Assembly (NCBI GenBank): GCA_030433115.1
Contig: JAUILH010000001.1
Location: forward strand, 19,682 to 83,681
Source: Bacteroidia bacterium
Lineage (GTDB): Bacteria > Bacteroidota > Bacteroidia > Flavobacteriales_D > JAUILH01
Length of the DNA stretch: 64,000 nucleotides
Direction of reading: 5' to 3'
The first letter of the stretch is position 1, and every line of letters starts with the position of its first letter. Shown here in pieces: positions 19,035 through 27,320 of the stretch. The position numbers were made by a program, and so were the translations under genes. The notes under the pieces were generated by a model. It searched no databases and was not told the origin of the DNA. It worked only from the letters and a program-made list of their open reading frames with translations.

Positions 19035-19087
19035 CGTTAAACAAATCTAAAGCAAAATGTTTAACGAAACAAATAAAATGTTAAACA
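19035..19087. promoter_or_regulatory. Candidate operator: three copies of GTTAAACA/TGTTTAAC at exact 22-bp phasing
   Basis: GTTAAACA occurs at 19036-19043 and 19080-19087, and its exact reverse complement TGTTTAAC at 19058-19065. Degenerate copies TGTAAACA (19115-19122) and GATAAACA (19126-19133) lie further upstream. Confidence 0.55.
19042..19073 (-). promoter_or_regulatory. Bacteroidota sigma-A promoter of the ECF-sigma/crtI/crtB/idi operon
   Basis: The minus strand reads TTTG (19073-19070), a 20-nt spacer, then TAGATTTG (19049-19042), with 30 nt to the ATG at 19011. This is a full match to TTTG-N19-21-TAnnTTTG. Confidence 0.6.
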
Positions 19088-19134
19088 AAAATGAATTTCG
19101 CACACAAATTAACTTGTAAACAATTGATAAACAG

Positions 19135-20004
19135 TTATTTGATTTTTTGTAAATCGTTGATGTGATCGATCAAAATAAGCCCTTTATTAGTGGTTTTGAT
19201 CTTTTCGACTGCTTGATGCCCGGAAAAATAATGTTTGATCTTGGGGAAATCTTTACCAAGGGTCTCAACAAACCTATTGATTGTATCAGAGTCAATTGGG
19301 TTAACGAAAGCGCTGAGGGTCATATCGGGCTCCAGCGTTTCAAGGATGGATTTGAGGTCTTCATAAGGAACGTCAGCGCCAAGATAAAATGTTTTGAAAT
19401 CGTTCTTTTTAAGAATGTAGTTTGAAAGTAGCAGTCCTATTTCATGGCGTTCATTCTCACTTAGGAACAGTACAGCTTCTTTTCCTCTTTCAGCAGGCCC
19501 CAATTTCTCAGTTTCCACAATTAGCACATTTCTAATAATGTTGCTAATGAAGTGTTCTTGAGCTGGACTGATGGTCCCGATTTGCCAGAGAATACCGATT
19601 TTATCTAAAAACGGATATAAAATATTGGTAAATGTATCAACCAGCCCAATATCAGCAATGCTAGTGTATACCACATCTCTGAAGTTGTGCTCGTCAAGCT
19701 CAATCATTAAAACAATTAAATGATTTATCCGGATAGAGTGTTCACTGTTGCTGGATGTTCTCGTTTGAAGCACTTTTTTGCCAATGGCTTCTTTGGACAA
19801 TTCAGCAATCTTTGAAATCTTGATTCCTTCAGAATTGAGACAACTGATATTCAGAATAGTCTTGAGGTCCTCATCGGTATACAACCTAATATTAGTAGCG
19901 GTCCTTTCCGGTTTCAACAGAGCATAGCGCTGTTCCCATATCCTAATGGTATGCGCTTTAATGCCAGAAAGCTGTTCAAGGTCTTTTATGCTATAATAAC
20001 TCAT
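19135..20004 (-). CDS. MerR-family transcriptional regulator with a C-terminal B12-binding domain (CarH/LitR-type light sensor)
   Basis: MerR HTH 'YSIKDLEQLSGIKAHTIRIWEQRY'. The Wx9EH motif 'WQIGTISPAQEH' is at 19552-19587. The B12 lower-ligand motif 'ERHEIG' (ExHExG) is at 19444-19461. I chose the ATG at 20004; the ORF-track TTG is at 20019. Confidence 0.8.
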   Translation of the reverse strand: MSYYSIKDLEQLSGIKAHTIRIWEQRYALLKPERTATNIRLYTDEDLKTILNISCLNSEGIKISKIAELSKEAIGKKVLQTRTSSNSEHSIRINHLIVLMIELDEHNFRDVVYTSIADIGLVDTFTNILYPFLDKIGILWQIGTISPAQEHFISNIIRNVLIVETEKLGPAERGKEAVLFLSENERHEIGLLLSNYILKKNDFKTFYLGADVPYEDLKSILETLEPDMTLSAFVNPIDSDTINRFVETLGKDFPKIKHYFSGHQAVEKIKTTNKGLILIDHINDLQKIK

Positions 20005-20056
20005 TGTACCAGAGAACAAACAAACGGTAATCTGAAATGTTCAGACCGAGACGAAA

Positions 20057-23000
20057 TTATCTAACAATCAGTTTTTGTACAATAGTCTCCCCGTTAAATT
20101 GAAGTCTCACTTGATAGACACCAGATGAAAGGTTAAGGTCATCAATATCAATGCGGTTACCACTGTATGAAACCTGCTTGACCAATCTGCCTTTGGCATC
20201 CATAATGCTCACTTGCCCGCTTTCTGTATGTGAGGTTAAAATACTGAAGTTTCCGCCATTACTTGGATTCGGGAAAATGACAACATCTGCGTCCGAGTTT
20301 TTATCAAAATGAACACTTACGTCTCCTTCGAAATTAGTCGTTCCGTCAAAGTCAGTCTGATATAACTTGTAGTAATTCCAACCAATGGCTGGCTGCTCGT
20401 CAACGTGTAAATATTCCTTGGTACTCACAGAATTCCCAGCAGCATTTACAGCTTTTAGGAATTCATAATTCACCCCATCTACACTTTTTTCAAGAGTGAA
20501 GTAGTCGCTATTAACTTCACTTGCAGTCACCCATTTGAGATCTACATGGTGGCCATTTTTTTCTGCGGTAAACGACAACAATTCTACTGGTAGCGGATTA
20601 ACCGGAAAGTCAACGGTACTGGCTAAAGTGAAAGGACTGAAACTTGTCACAGCGGCAGAGGTTGTAATGTCACCAGTAGTTGGTGTTCCTGTAGTACCTC
20701 CATTTCCATGGTCTCTCCAAACACTGCCATCCCATCTGGCTACTACTAAAGTCGTTGGATCTGTTACGCCACTGCATGCCCCTGTGTGTGGCTTAAATCC
20801 TAAGGTCACACTCACATTGTTTGTTGAAGCAATTCGATCTAAGGTCCAGTATTCACAGTCTGATACGTGGTGAATAGTCGGGTCTAACTGAGTGTCGTCA
20901 TAGAAAGGTGCAGGATCTGTATTAAAGTATTGCGCTCTGAACCTTGCTGAACCAGCAGATGGTGCAGACATAGAAACGGGTTGATACACATCTGCATTTC
21001 CAACTGGGAAGGCAAAGGCATCATTTCCAATTTTTTCTATCGGACCATCAATATGCGCCGCGTCCGATACGGATGACACAAATGCATTGTCGTTCATTGT
21101 CATTAGGTTTGCTGTGGAGGTATTGACAACACCTTGATCCAAATCAAGTTCCAGTGTTACATTAACGGGCATGTTTAAGGTCAGTTTACCCGCTGCCTTA
21201 TTGGTGTGGAAATCTCTAAACCTTGGTGTGGTTGACGCCCCCAGATCATTGATAGACTGAGCGCCAGTACCATCAAATGTAGCTCTGCCATTTCCGGCTG
21301 CACCAAAATAAATTTGATTGCTTGTGTAGTCTATATTAATGTTTCCAGCGTAAGTACTTATGGAATTGTAACAAGGGTAGATTAGACCAGTGGAAGATTG
21401 GATGAATGAAATATCCGCATTCACATCATTTCCAATACCATTAGCTGGCATGAAGTATCCAGTACCACTATTCTCTATAACAGTTGCGCCATTAAATGTG
21501 TTTCCTCCAGCGGAGGCGTCATTAGTTGCGTCTGTCTTTTCAAGATGAGCAGTGCCGTTATACGTAGTACCTCTTGTGTAATGTCTTGGTCCACGGAAAT
21601 CAACATCCCCATTCCACTCAGAGTTGTAGTTCTGGAAGATAGTTCCGGTATTCGTCACGGTAATGTTTTGAGCCGTGGCACTCAACTGAGTAAAATTTCT
21701 AAACTGTAATTGTCCTGATGAAAAACCAGCGGCACCTACAGTTACTGTTTGACCAGCGGCAAGGGTTCCCGAACCATTTCCACCTCCAAAGAACACACCG
21801 TCACAACCTGCGTTGAAAGCCTCAACAATGATGTTGCCGTTGTAAGCATTATTACTATTCGCGGAGTGGTTACAGTATACTTGCGAATTATTGCTGGTAC
21901 TTGAATTGTGAATATCCAGCAATCCATTAAAAGTCATATCTCCATTGCCACCCAGGTAAGTTTGTGAATTCGTTGCCGTGGCGTTATTGGTTAGGTCAAA
22001 TTCATTTGCCACTACAACAGACGAGTTCGTTCCATTGGCAACATAGACAATTGAATTATTATTTGTTCCACTGTTAGTCACTGTAACAGTGCCTTGCGCA
22101 TCAATGTCGCCGTTACTACCCAGATAAAAACGGTTATTAGTGCCAGTAGCCGAATTAACCACTGTTAAGTCTGATTGAAAGGTTACCACACTGCCATCAT
22201 TTACTGCTACTTGAGAGTTGGCATTTCCATTTGTGCCGGCATTGGTCATGTCAACCGTTCCAGTGAAAGTGGCATCACCAGTATTGCCTAAGATGATATT
22301 TGAATTGGCACCATTACTGGCGTTATTGGTCACTGTATTTCCAGTAACGCTCACTGTAGAAGCAGCGGCGTTACTAATATAGATCGTGTTGGCAGAGCCA
22401 TTATTATTTATAGTGAAATTCCCGGCTATTGTATTTCCAGCACTGTTTTGAGCCAGATACATGTTATGAGAACCTGTATTGTTCATGAGCAGATCGCCTT
22501 GAAATACATCCGGGTTGCCATTCCCCATCATAAAGTACCTTGACCCGCTGTTTCTTAATTCGGCATCTCCCACAAACAAATTCCCACCTACAGATTGGTC
22601 ATCACCAATACCACCTGATTTTTCAAGGTATGCAGTTCCATTATAAGTGGTTCCTCTGGTCAACATTCTAGGTGCAATAAATGTAAAATCACCACCCCAG
22701 TCAGAATCATAGTTGTAGCCTCTGGCAGTTCCAGTACATGTCAAGTTGTGGGCTGTTGGACCTACTTGTGTGAAATTTCTGAACATCAAATCTCCGGAAA
22801 TAAACCCTCCTGCACCGATAGTTATGGTTTTAGTGGCAGCTAAAGTCCCGTTGCCCGTATTGGCTCCAAACCTAATGCCGTCGCATGCAGCGTTGGTGCT
22901 CTGCACGGTAATATTCTCATTAAATATACCAGTTGATGTAGCGTTATAATCAACGAACATTTCTGAGTTGGTGGCCCCACTATTATTAATCAAATCTAAT

Positions 23001-26000
23001 GTCCCATCGAAGGTCACGTCCCCTGAATTTCCAATCCAGAATCTTTGGGTTGTGGCACCAGTACCGTTGTTCGTAATCGTTGTATTTCCAGTAACAGTTA
23101 AAGAAGAAGTGGCTGCATTTGCTAAGTAGCTGTTTGAACTGGCGCCGGAATTATTGCTTGAGAAATCCAAATTACCACCAATGGTTCCGGCTCCTGAATT
23201 TGCTACCGCGATTGTGGAATTCGCTGAAGATGTATTAGTGATGGTAACATCTCCCGTGATGGCAATGGAAGAGTTTGCTGAGTTGCCTATGTAACCGGCA
23301 AGTGCACTTCCTTGATGAGCATACGTTAAGTTTCCAGCGACGGTGTTGCCCAATGTGTTATGAGCCAGGTAAAAGTTTCCTGATCCGCTATTGGTGATAT
23401 CCACATTGGCTTGAAATACATCCGGGCTACTGTTGCCAAAAAGAAAGTTGTTGGATCCTGTGGTCACGAGCGTTGAATTACCTACAAAAAGGTTTCCCCC
23501 TTCCGAATGATCATTTCCAGAGCTCGTTTTTTCCAAATAGCTTGTGCCATTGTAGGTTGTTCCTCTAGTAGTATGTCTGGGAGCAATAAAGGTAAAATCA
23601 CCTCCCCAGTTAGAATCAAAATTAAGCGCGAATCCAGTTCCCGTTAGCGTCAAGCTTTGGGCAGTCGGCCCTACCTGCGTGAAGTTTCTAAAGCTCAAGT
23701 AGCCAGCTATAAATCCACCGCCACCGACGGTAACGGTTTTACCTGCTGCCAGGGTACCAGATCCAGTATTATTTCCAAAGTATATACCATCGCCATTGGC
23801 GTTGGTGCTTTCAACAACAATATTCTCATTGTACAATCCCGTACTATTTGCTGTGTGATTGCAGAAAATACGACAATTGGTGATCCCGGAATTCTGGGAC
23901 AGATTCAAAACACCATTGAAAGTCACGTCTCCATTATTACCAACGTAAATATCACTTGTAGTAGTTCCCGTAGAGTTGTTTGAGATGGTGGTTGTTCCAG
24001 CTACTGTAAGTGTAGATGTTGTTCCGCTAGCCAAATAAACATTGCATGACGCCGAAGACGGAGAATTTGTAACGGTGAGGTCACCACCTACTACAAAACT
24101 TCCTGTATTTCCAAGATAAATGGTGTTGTTTGAGGCACTCGTGTTAGTTACGGTTGCGTTGCCCGTTATATTCAGACCACTGTTGTTTCCCGCGATCACA
24201 ATGGCGGTTGCATTTCCACTTTGGGTAGCTATGAAATCTCCAGCCACAGTGGACATACTGTTATTGTTCGACAGCCTCATTTGAGAACTGCCTGATGTGA
24301 TCACAGTTAAATCTGCACCAAAAACATCAAGAGCACCATTGCCCATACCAAAGATGCCTGACCCAGTATTTGTGAGAACCGTTGTTGAAGCAAACGTATT
24401 GTTCCCCGGAGAGTAATCGTCGCTGGCCCCCGTTTTGTCTAGGTCTGCGGTTCCCTGGTAGGTCGTGTTTTCTGTGTAAAATCTTGGCCCTTGAAAGTCT
24501 ACATTTCCACCCCAGTCTGAGTTGGTGATATAGATTCTTGAAGTTCCTGTTGTTATCAATGCCTGTGCTGTAGGACCTGTTTGAGTGAAGTTTGAGAGTC
24601 TCAATATGGTGGCGTCATATCCGGCACCACCAATGGTGATTGTTCGGGTTGCGGCCAAAACACCAGTACCACCTGATTCTCCAAATCGAATACCGTCACA
24701 GGTCGCACCATTTGGAGCAGTAACAACAATATTTCCATTGAAAGCTGCACTTGCGGTGGCAGCTCTGTGGAAGTGCATATCTGAGTTGGTGGCAGTTGAG
24801 TTGTTAGTAGCGGTTACATCTCCTCCGAAAGTCATATCTCCAGAAGATCCACAGTAAATTCTTTGAGTAGTTGCTCCAGTACCACTATTGGTAACAGCTG
24901 TGGTGCCCGTAATGGCAACACTTGAATTGGCGCCATTAGCTATGTAATTGTTGGATGAAGCACCGGTTGAACTATTGGTATAGGAAAAATCTCCCCCGAT
25001 TGTGATGCCTCCCTGGTTCGCAATGTAATTATTGTTGTTTGCCGTAGAGGTAATGTTCACAGTAAGGTTTCCGCCAATTGCCAGAGTGGCTCCGGTATTA
25101 TTGGAGAGGTTTACTGAAGTAGAGGCACCTGCGCCATTGGCCACAACATTTCCTGTAACGGAGTGCCCGGCACCAGTTTGTGCAATCCCGATAGTTGAGC
25201 TACCAGTATTCTCAAGATTTAAATCTGCCTGGAATATATCAGCGGTTCCATTGCCGTGGAGAAAGCCTCCGGATCCGGAATTGGTCAAAATAGTATTTCC
25301 AGTAAACGTATTGCCTCCGGGAGAGGTATCTCCTGACGCTCCAGTTTTTTCAAGATCAACAGTGCCTGCATATGTGGAGTTTCCAGTGTAAAGTCGTGGA
25401 GCGTCAAAATTGACATTCCCTCCCCAGTTGTTGTTCGTCATATAAAGGCGGGCAGTTCCGGAAAGACTCAAAGCCTGAGCAGTAGCACCGGTTTGAATAA
25501 GGTTTGAAAACCTCAAAATAACAGCATTGTACCCAGCACCACCAATGGTCACCGTTTTTGTAGCAGCAAGTGTGCCAACGCCTCCGCCTTCTCCAAATCT
25601 GATGCCATCACATGTTGCTCCGTTCGGTGCAGCAACGATTATGTTTTCATTGTAGGCGACTGTACTCGTTCCTGCTTGGTTGACCCACATTTCGGAATTG
25701 GTGGCTGTAGAATTGTTGGTCACAATCAAATCACCATTAAATATAACGTCTCCTGCGTTGGCAACATAAGCGCGTTGGGTAGTGGTGGCTGCCCCATTGT
25801 TTGTAATCGTAGAAGTACCCGTTACGGTCGCACTTGAATTCGCGCCATTTGCCAAATAAATGTGAGACGCCGTGCCAGTACTTGAGTTTGTGAAGGTGAG
25901 ATCTCCACCAATAGTAAGGTCCCCCTGGTTTGCCAGAACAATTGAAGAGTTGGCCGCAGCTGAAGCATTGTCAAGCACCACATTTCCAGTGACGTCAATG

Positions 26001-27202
26001 GTTGATGTATTGGCGTTGGCAATATTAATAGAAACACCGGATCCTGAGTTCGTTCCGGAGAGGTTTCCGCCAACGGTATGTCCGGCAGCAGAAGCGGCAA
26101 TATTGATTGTGCTGGTTCCACTATTTAATACTGTCAAATCTGCTTGAAAATCGTCTGCATTTCCATTTCCCATTGAAAATCCTGCAGATCCAGTATTTCT
26201 GAGTGTGGCATTGCCAACAAATGTATTTCCTCCAGGTGAATTGTCACCGTTGGCGCCTGTTTTTTCAAGATCGGCTGTTCCGCTAAATGTGTTAGAGTTT
26301 AGATAAATTCTGGGTGCATCAAAATCGACATTTCCACCCCAGGTTGAACTTTGCATATTAATTCTGGCCGTTCCCGTCAAAGAAAAACTTTGGGCGGTTG
26401 CGCCCACCTGGGTGAAATTTTGAAGAAGCAAGTCTCCTGAATTATAACCCGTTGTTGTGAATGTGTTTCCAGCTGCCAGAGTAGCTGTGCCAGCAGCTGT
26501 ACCGAATCGTACGCCCAGACTATTGTTTGAATTCACGATCAAATTGGCGTTGAACTGTGTGCCCACTGCTCCATATGCTAAACGAATGTAACTGGTTCCA
26601 GTATTGTTAATTGTTGTCACGCCATTGAAAATATCAGGGTTGGTATTCCCCATCCTGATTTCACCTGCTCCGGTATTATTGATATTACAAATCCCGGCAA
26701 AAGTGTTGTTTCCAGATCCTGTACTGGTGGTGCCACCGGTTTGCGTACCGGTAAAAGTACCATTGTAGGTACTCCCGTCCATTTCCATTCTGCCAACAGT
26801 TAAAACGACATTCGCTCCGAAGACAGTCCCGTTTCCAGTGTAGATTCCGGAGGTCGTGATAGACACATTTGAAGTGCCAGGCGTATCGTTAATGGTTCCA
26901 CCAGATAAGGTTGAATTATTGGTTCCGTTAGACACAAAAGACTGACCATTTAAGTCAATGATTCCAGTGTAGGCTGTGGTAATGGTGATGCCATCAAAAC
27001 TGGCGCCTGGTGCATCTACCGTACAATTGGCTACACTTGTGCCGTTAAACACAACATCATCTCCAGGAAGCGGTACCGCACCGCCACTCCAATTTCCAGG
27101 AGTATTCCATAAACCATCTGTAGATCCGTTGGTCCAGGTAACAGTAGCGGCCTGAACAGAGGTCCATAAAAAAGTGATAATCAGGAGCAAGTAAATTTTC
27201 AT
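20057..27202 (-). CDS. Giant (2381-aa) repetitive cell-surface protein with a T9SS type-A C-terminal sorting domain
   Basis: Signal peptide 'MKIYLLLIITFLWTSVQA' (ATG at 27202). It has six ~303-aa modules rich in N, T, G and S. The C-terminus is 'ELLSFTAEKNGHHVDLKW...YYKLYQTDFDG' followed by 'VVIFPNPSNGGNFSI...GVYQVRLQFNGETIVQKLIV'. Confidence 0.8.
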   Translation of the reverse strand: MKIYLLLIITFLWTSVQAATVTWTNGSTDGLWNTPGNWSGGAVPLPGDDVVFNGTSVANCTVDAPGASFDGITITTAYTGIIDLNGQSFVSNGTNNSTLSGGTINDTPGTSNVSITTSGIYTGNGTVFGANVVLTVGRMEMDGSTYNGTFTGTQTGGTTSTGSGNNTFAGICNINNTGAGEIRMGNTNPDIFNGVTTINNTGTSYIRLAYGAVGTQFNANLIVNSNNSLGVRFGTAAGTATLAAGNTFTTTGYNSGDLLLQNFTQVGATAQSFSLTGTARINMQSSTWGGNVDFDAPRIYLNSNTFSGTADLEKTGANGDNSPGGNTFVGNATLRNTGSAGFSMGNGNADDFQADLTVLNSGTSTINIAASAAGHTVGGNLSGTNSGSGVSINIANANTSTIDVTGNVVLDNASAAANSSIVLANQGDLTIGGDLTFTNSSTGTASHIYLANGANSSATVTGTSTITNNGAATTTQRAYVANAGDVIFNGDLIVTNNSTATNSEMWVNQAGTSTVAYNENIIVAAPNGATCDGIRFGEGGGVGTLAATKTVTIGGAGYNAVILRFSNLIQTGATAQALSLSGTARLYMTNNNWGGNVNFDAPRLYTGNSTYAGTVDLEKTGASGDTSPGGNTFTGNTILTNSGSGGFLHGNGTADIFQADLNLENTGSSTIGIAQTGAGHSVTGNVVANGAGASTSVNLSNNTGATLAIGGNLTVNITSTANNNNYIANQGGITIGGDFSYTNSSTGASSNNYIANGANSSVAITGTTAVTNSGTGATTQRIYCGSSGDMTFGGDVTATNNSTATNSDMHFHRAATASAAFNGNIVVTAPNGATCDGIRFGESGGTGVLAATRTITIGGAGYDATILRLSNFTQTGPTAQALITTGTSRIYITNSDWGGNVDFQGPRFYTENTTYQGTADLDKTGASDDYSPGNNTFASTTVLTNTGSGIFGMGNGALDVFGADLTVITSGSSQMRLSNNNSMSTVAGDFIATQSGNATAIVIAGNNSGLNITGNATVTNTSASNNTIYLGNTGSFVVGGDLTVTNSPSSASCNVYLASGTTSTLTVAGTTTISNNSTGTTTSDIYVGNNGDVTFNGVLNLSQNSGITNCRIFCNHTANSTGLYNENIVVESTNANGDGIYFGNNTGSGTLAAGKTVTVGGGGFIAGYLSFRNFTQVGPTAQSLTLTGTGFALNFDSNWGGDFTFIAPRHTTRGTTYNGTSYLEKTSSGNDHSEGGNLFVGNSTLVTTGSNNFLFGNSSPDVFQANVDITNSGSGNFYLAHNTLGNTVAGNLTYAHQGSALAGYIGNSANSSIAITGDVTITNTSSANSTIAVANSGAGTIGGNLDFSSNNSGASSNSYLANAATSSLTVTGNTTITNNGTGATTQRFWIGNSGDVTFDGTLDLINNSGATNSEMFVDYNATSTGIFNENITVQSTNAACDGIRFGANTGNGTLAATKTITIGAGGFISGDLMFRNFTQVGPTAHNLTCTGTARGYNYDSDWGGDFTFIAPRMLTRGTTYNGTAYLEKSGGIGDDQSVGGNLFVGDAELRNSGSRYFMMGNGNPDVFQGDLLMNNTGSHNMYLAQNSAGNTIAGNFTINNNGSANTIYISNAAASTVSVTGNTVTNNASNGANSNIILGNTGDATFTGTVDMTNAGTNGNANSQVAVNDGSVVTFQSDLTVVNSATGTNNRFYLGSNGDIDAQGTVTVTNSGTNNNSIVYVANGTNSSVVVANEFDLTNNATATNSQTYLGGNGDMTFNGLLDIHNSSTSNNSQVYCNHSANSNNAYNGNIIVEAFNAGCDGVFFGGGNGSGTLAAGQTVTVGAAGFSSGQLQFRNFTQLSATAQNITVTNTGTIFQNYNSEWNGDVDFRGPRHYTRGTTYNGTAHLEKTDATNDASAGGNTFNGATVIENSGTGYFMPANGIGNDVNADISFIQSSTGLIYPCYNSISTYAGNINIDYTSNQIYFGAAGNGRATFDGTGAQSINDLGASTTPRFRDFHTNKAAGKLTLNMPVNVTLELDLDQGVVNTSTANLMTMNDNAFVSSVSDAAHIDGPIEKIGNDAFAFPVGNADVYQPVSMSAPSAGSARFRAQYFNTDPAPFYDDTQLDPTIHHVSDCEYWTLDRIASTNNVSVTLGFKPHTGACSGVTDPTTLVVARWDGSVWRDHGNGGTTGTPTTGDITTSAAVTSFSPFTLASTVDFPVNPLPVELLSFTAEKNGHHVDLKWVTASEVNSDYFTLEKSVDGVNYEFLKAVNAAGNSVSTKEYLHVDEQPAIGWNYYKLYQTDFDGTTNFEGDVSVHFDKNSDADVVIFPNPSNGGNFSILTSHTESGQVSIMDAKGRLVKQVSYSGNRIDIDDLNLSSGVYQVRLQFNGETIVQKLIVR
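21290..26720 (-). repeat. Six tandem, diverged ~910-nt (~303-aa) coding modules inside the giant gene
   Basis: The anchor motif (R/S)N(F/L)(T/I)Q.G.TAQ...WGG(N/D)..F..PR recurs at residues 281, 586, 890, 1192, 1495 and 1855. The Asn codons start at 26419, 25504, 24592, 23686, 22777 and 21697. Spacings are 305, 304, 302, 303 and 360 aa. Confidence 0.8.
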
Positions 27203-27234
27203 AGTGAGCATTTTTATAAAACTACGCAGCAAAA

Positions 27235-27242
27235 CAAATATA
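27235..27242 (-). promoter_or_regulatory. Candidate -7 box (TATATTTG) for the giant T9SS gene
   Basis: Exact TAnnTTTG on the minus strand, 32 nt upstream of the ATG at 27202. The only TTG upstream gives a long 24-nt spacer. Confidence 0.3.
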
Positions 27243-27320
27243 ATAACACTAATTAACATAGTTTTGCAATTATCAACAAATGAGGGATTTATTCGTTGAA
27301 AACCTCAAATTCAGTGATGG

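Noticed and set aside
20535-26147. Numerous 60-119-aa ORFs inside the giant gene, antisense or in the alternate sense frame (e.g. 20535-20873, 23657-23983, 24585-24857, 25032-25391, 25822-26121, 25872-26147)
   Set aside because: They lie entirely within a 7.1-kb ORF that has a signal peptide, a coherent modular repeat structure and a T9SS CTD. The biased N/T/G/S codon usage of the repeats removes stop codons from the other frames. The translated products are low-complexity P/V/A-rich strings with no start context or motifs.
27259-27266. TAGTTTTG as a uvrC promoter, TAGATTTG (7243-7250) as the SGNH-cluster promoter, and CAAAGGTA-type boxes inside coding sequence
   Set aside because: These are exact -7 matches, but they lack a -33 TTG at 19-22 nt or lie inside ORFs. 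TAnnTTTG occurs by chance about once per 1.5-4 kb in this AT-rich DNA, so isolated matches are not reported as features.
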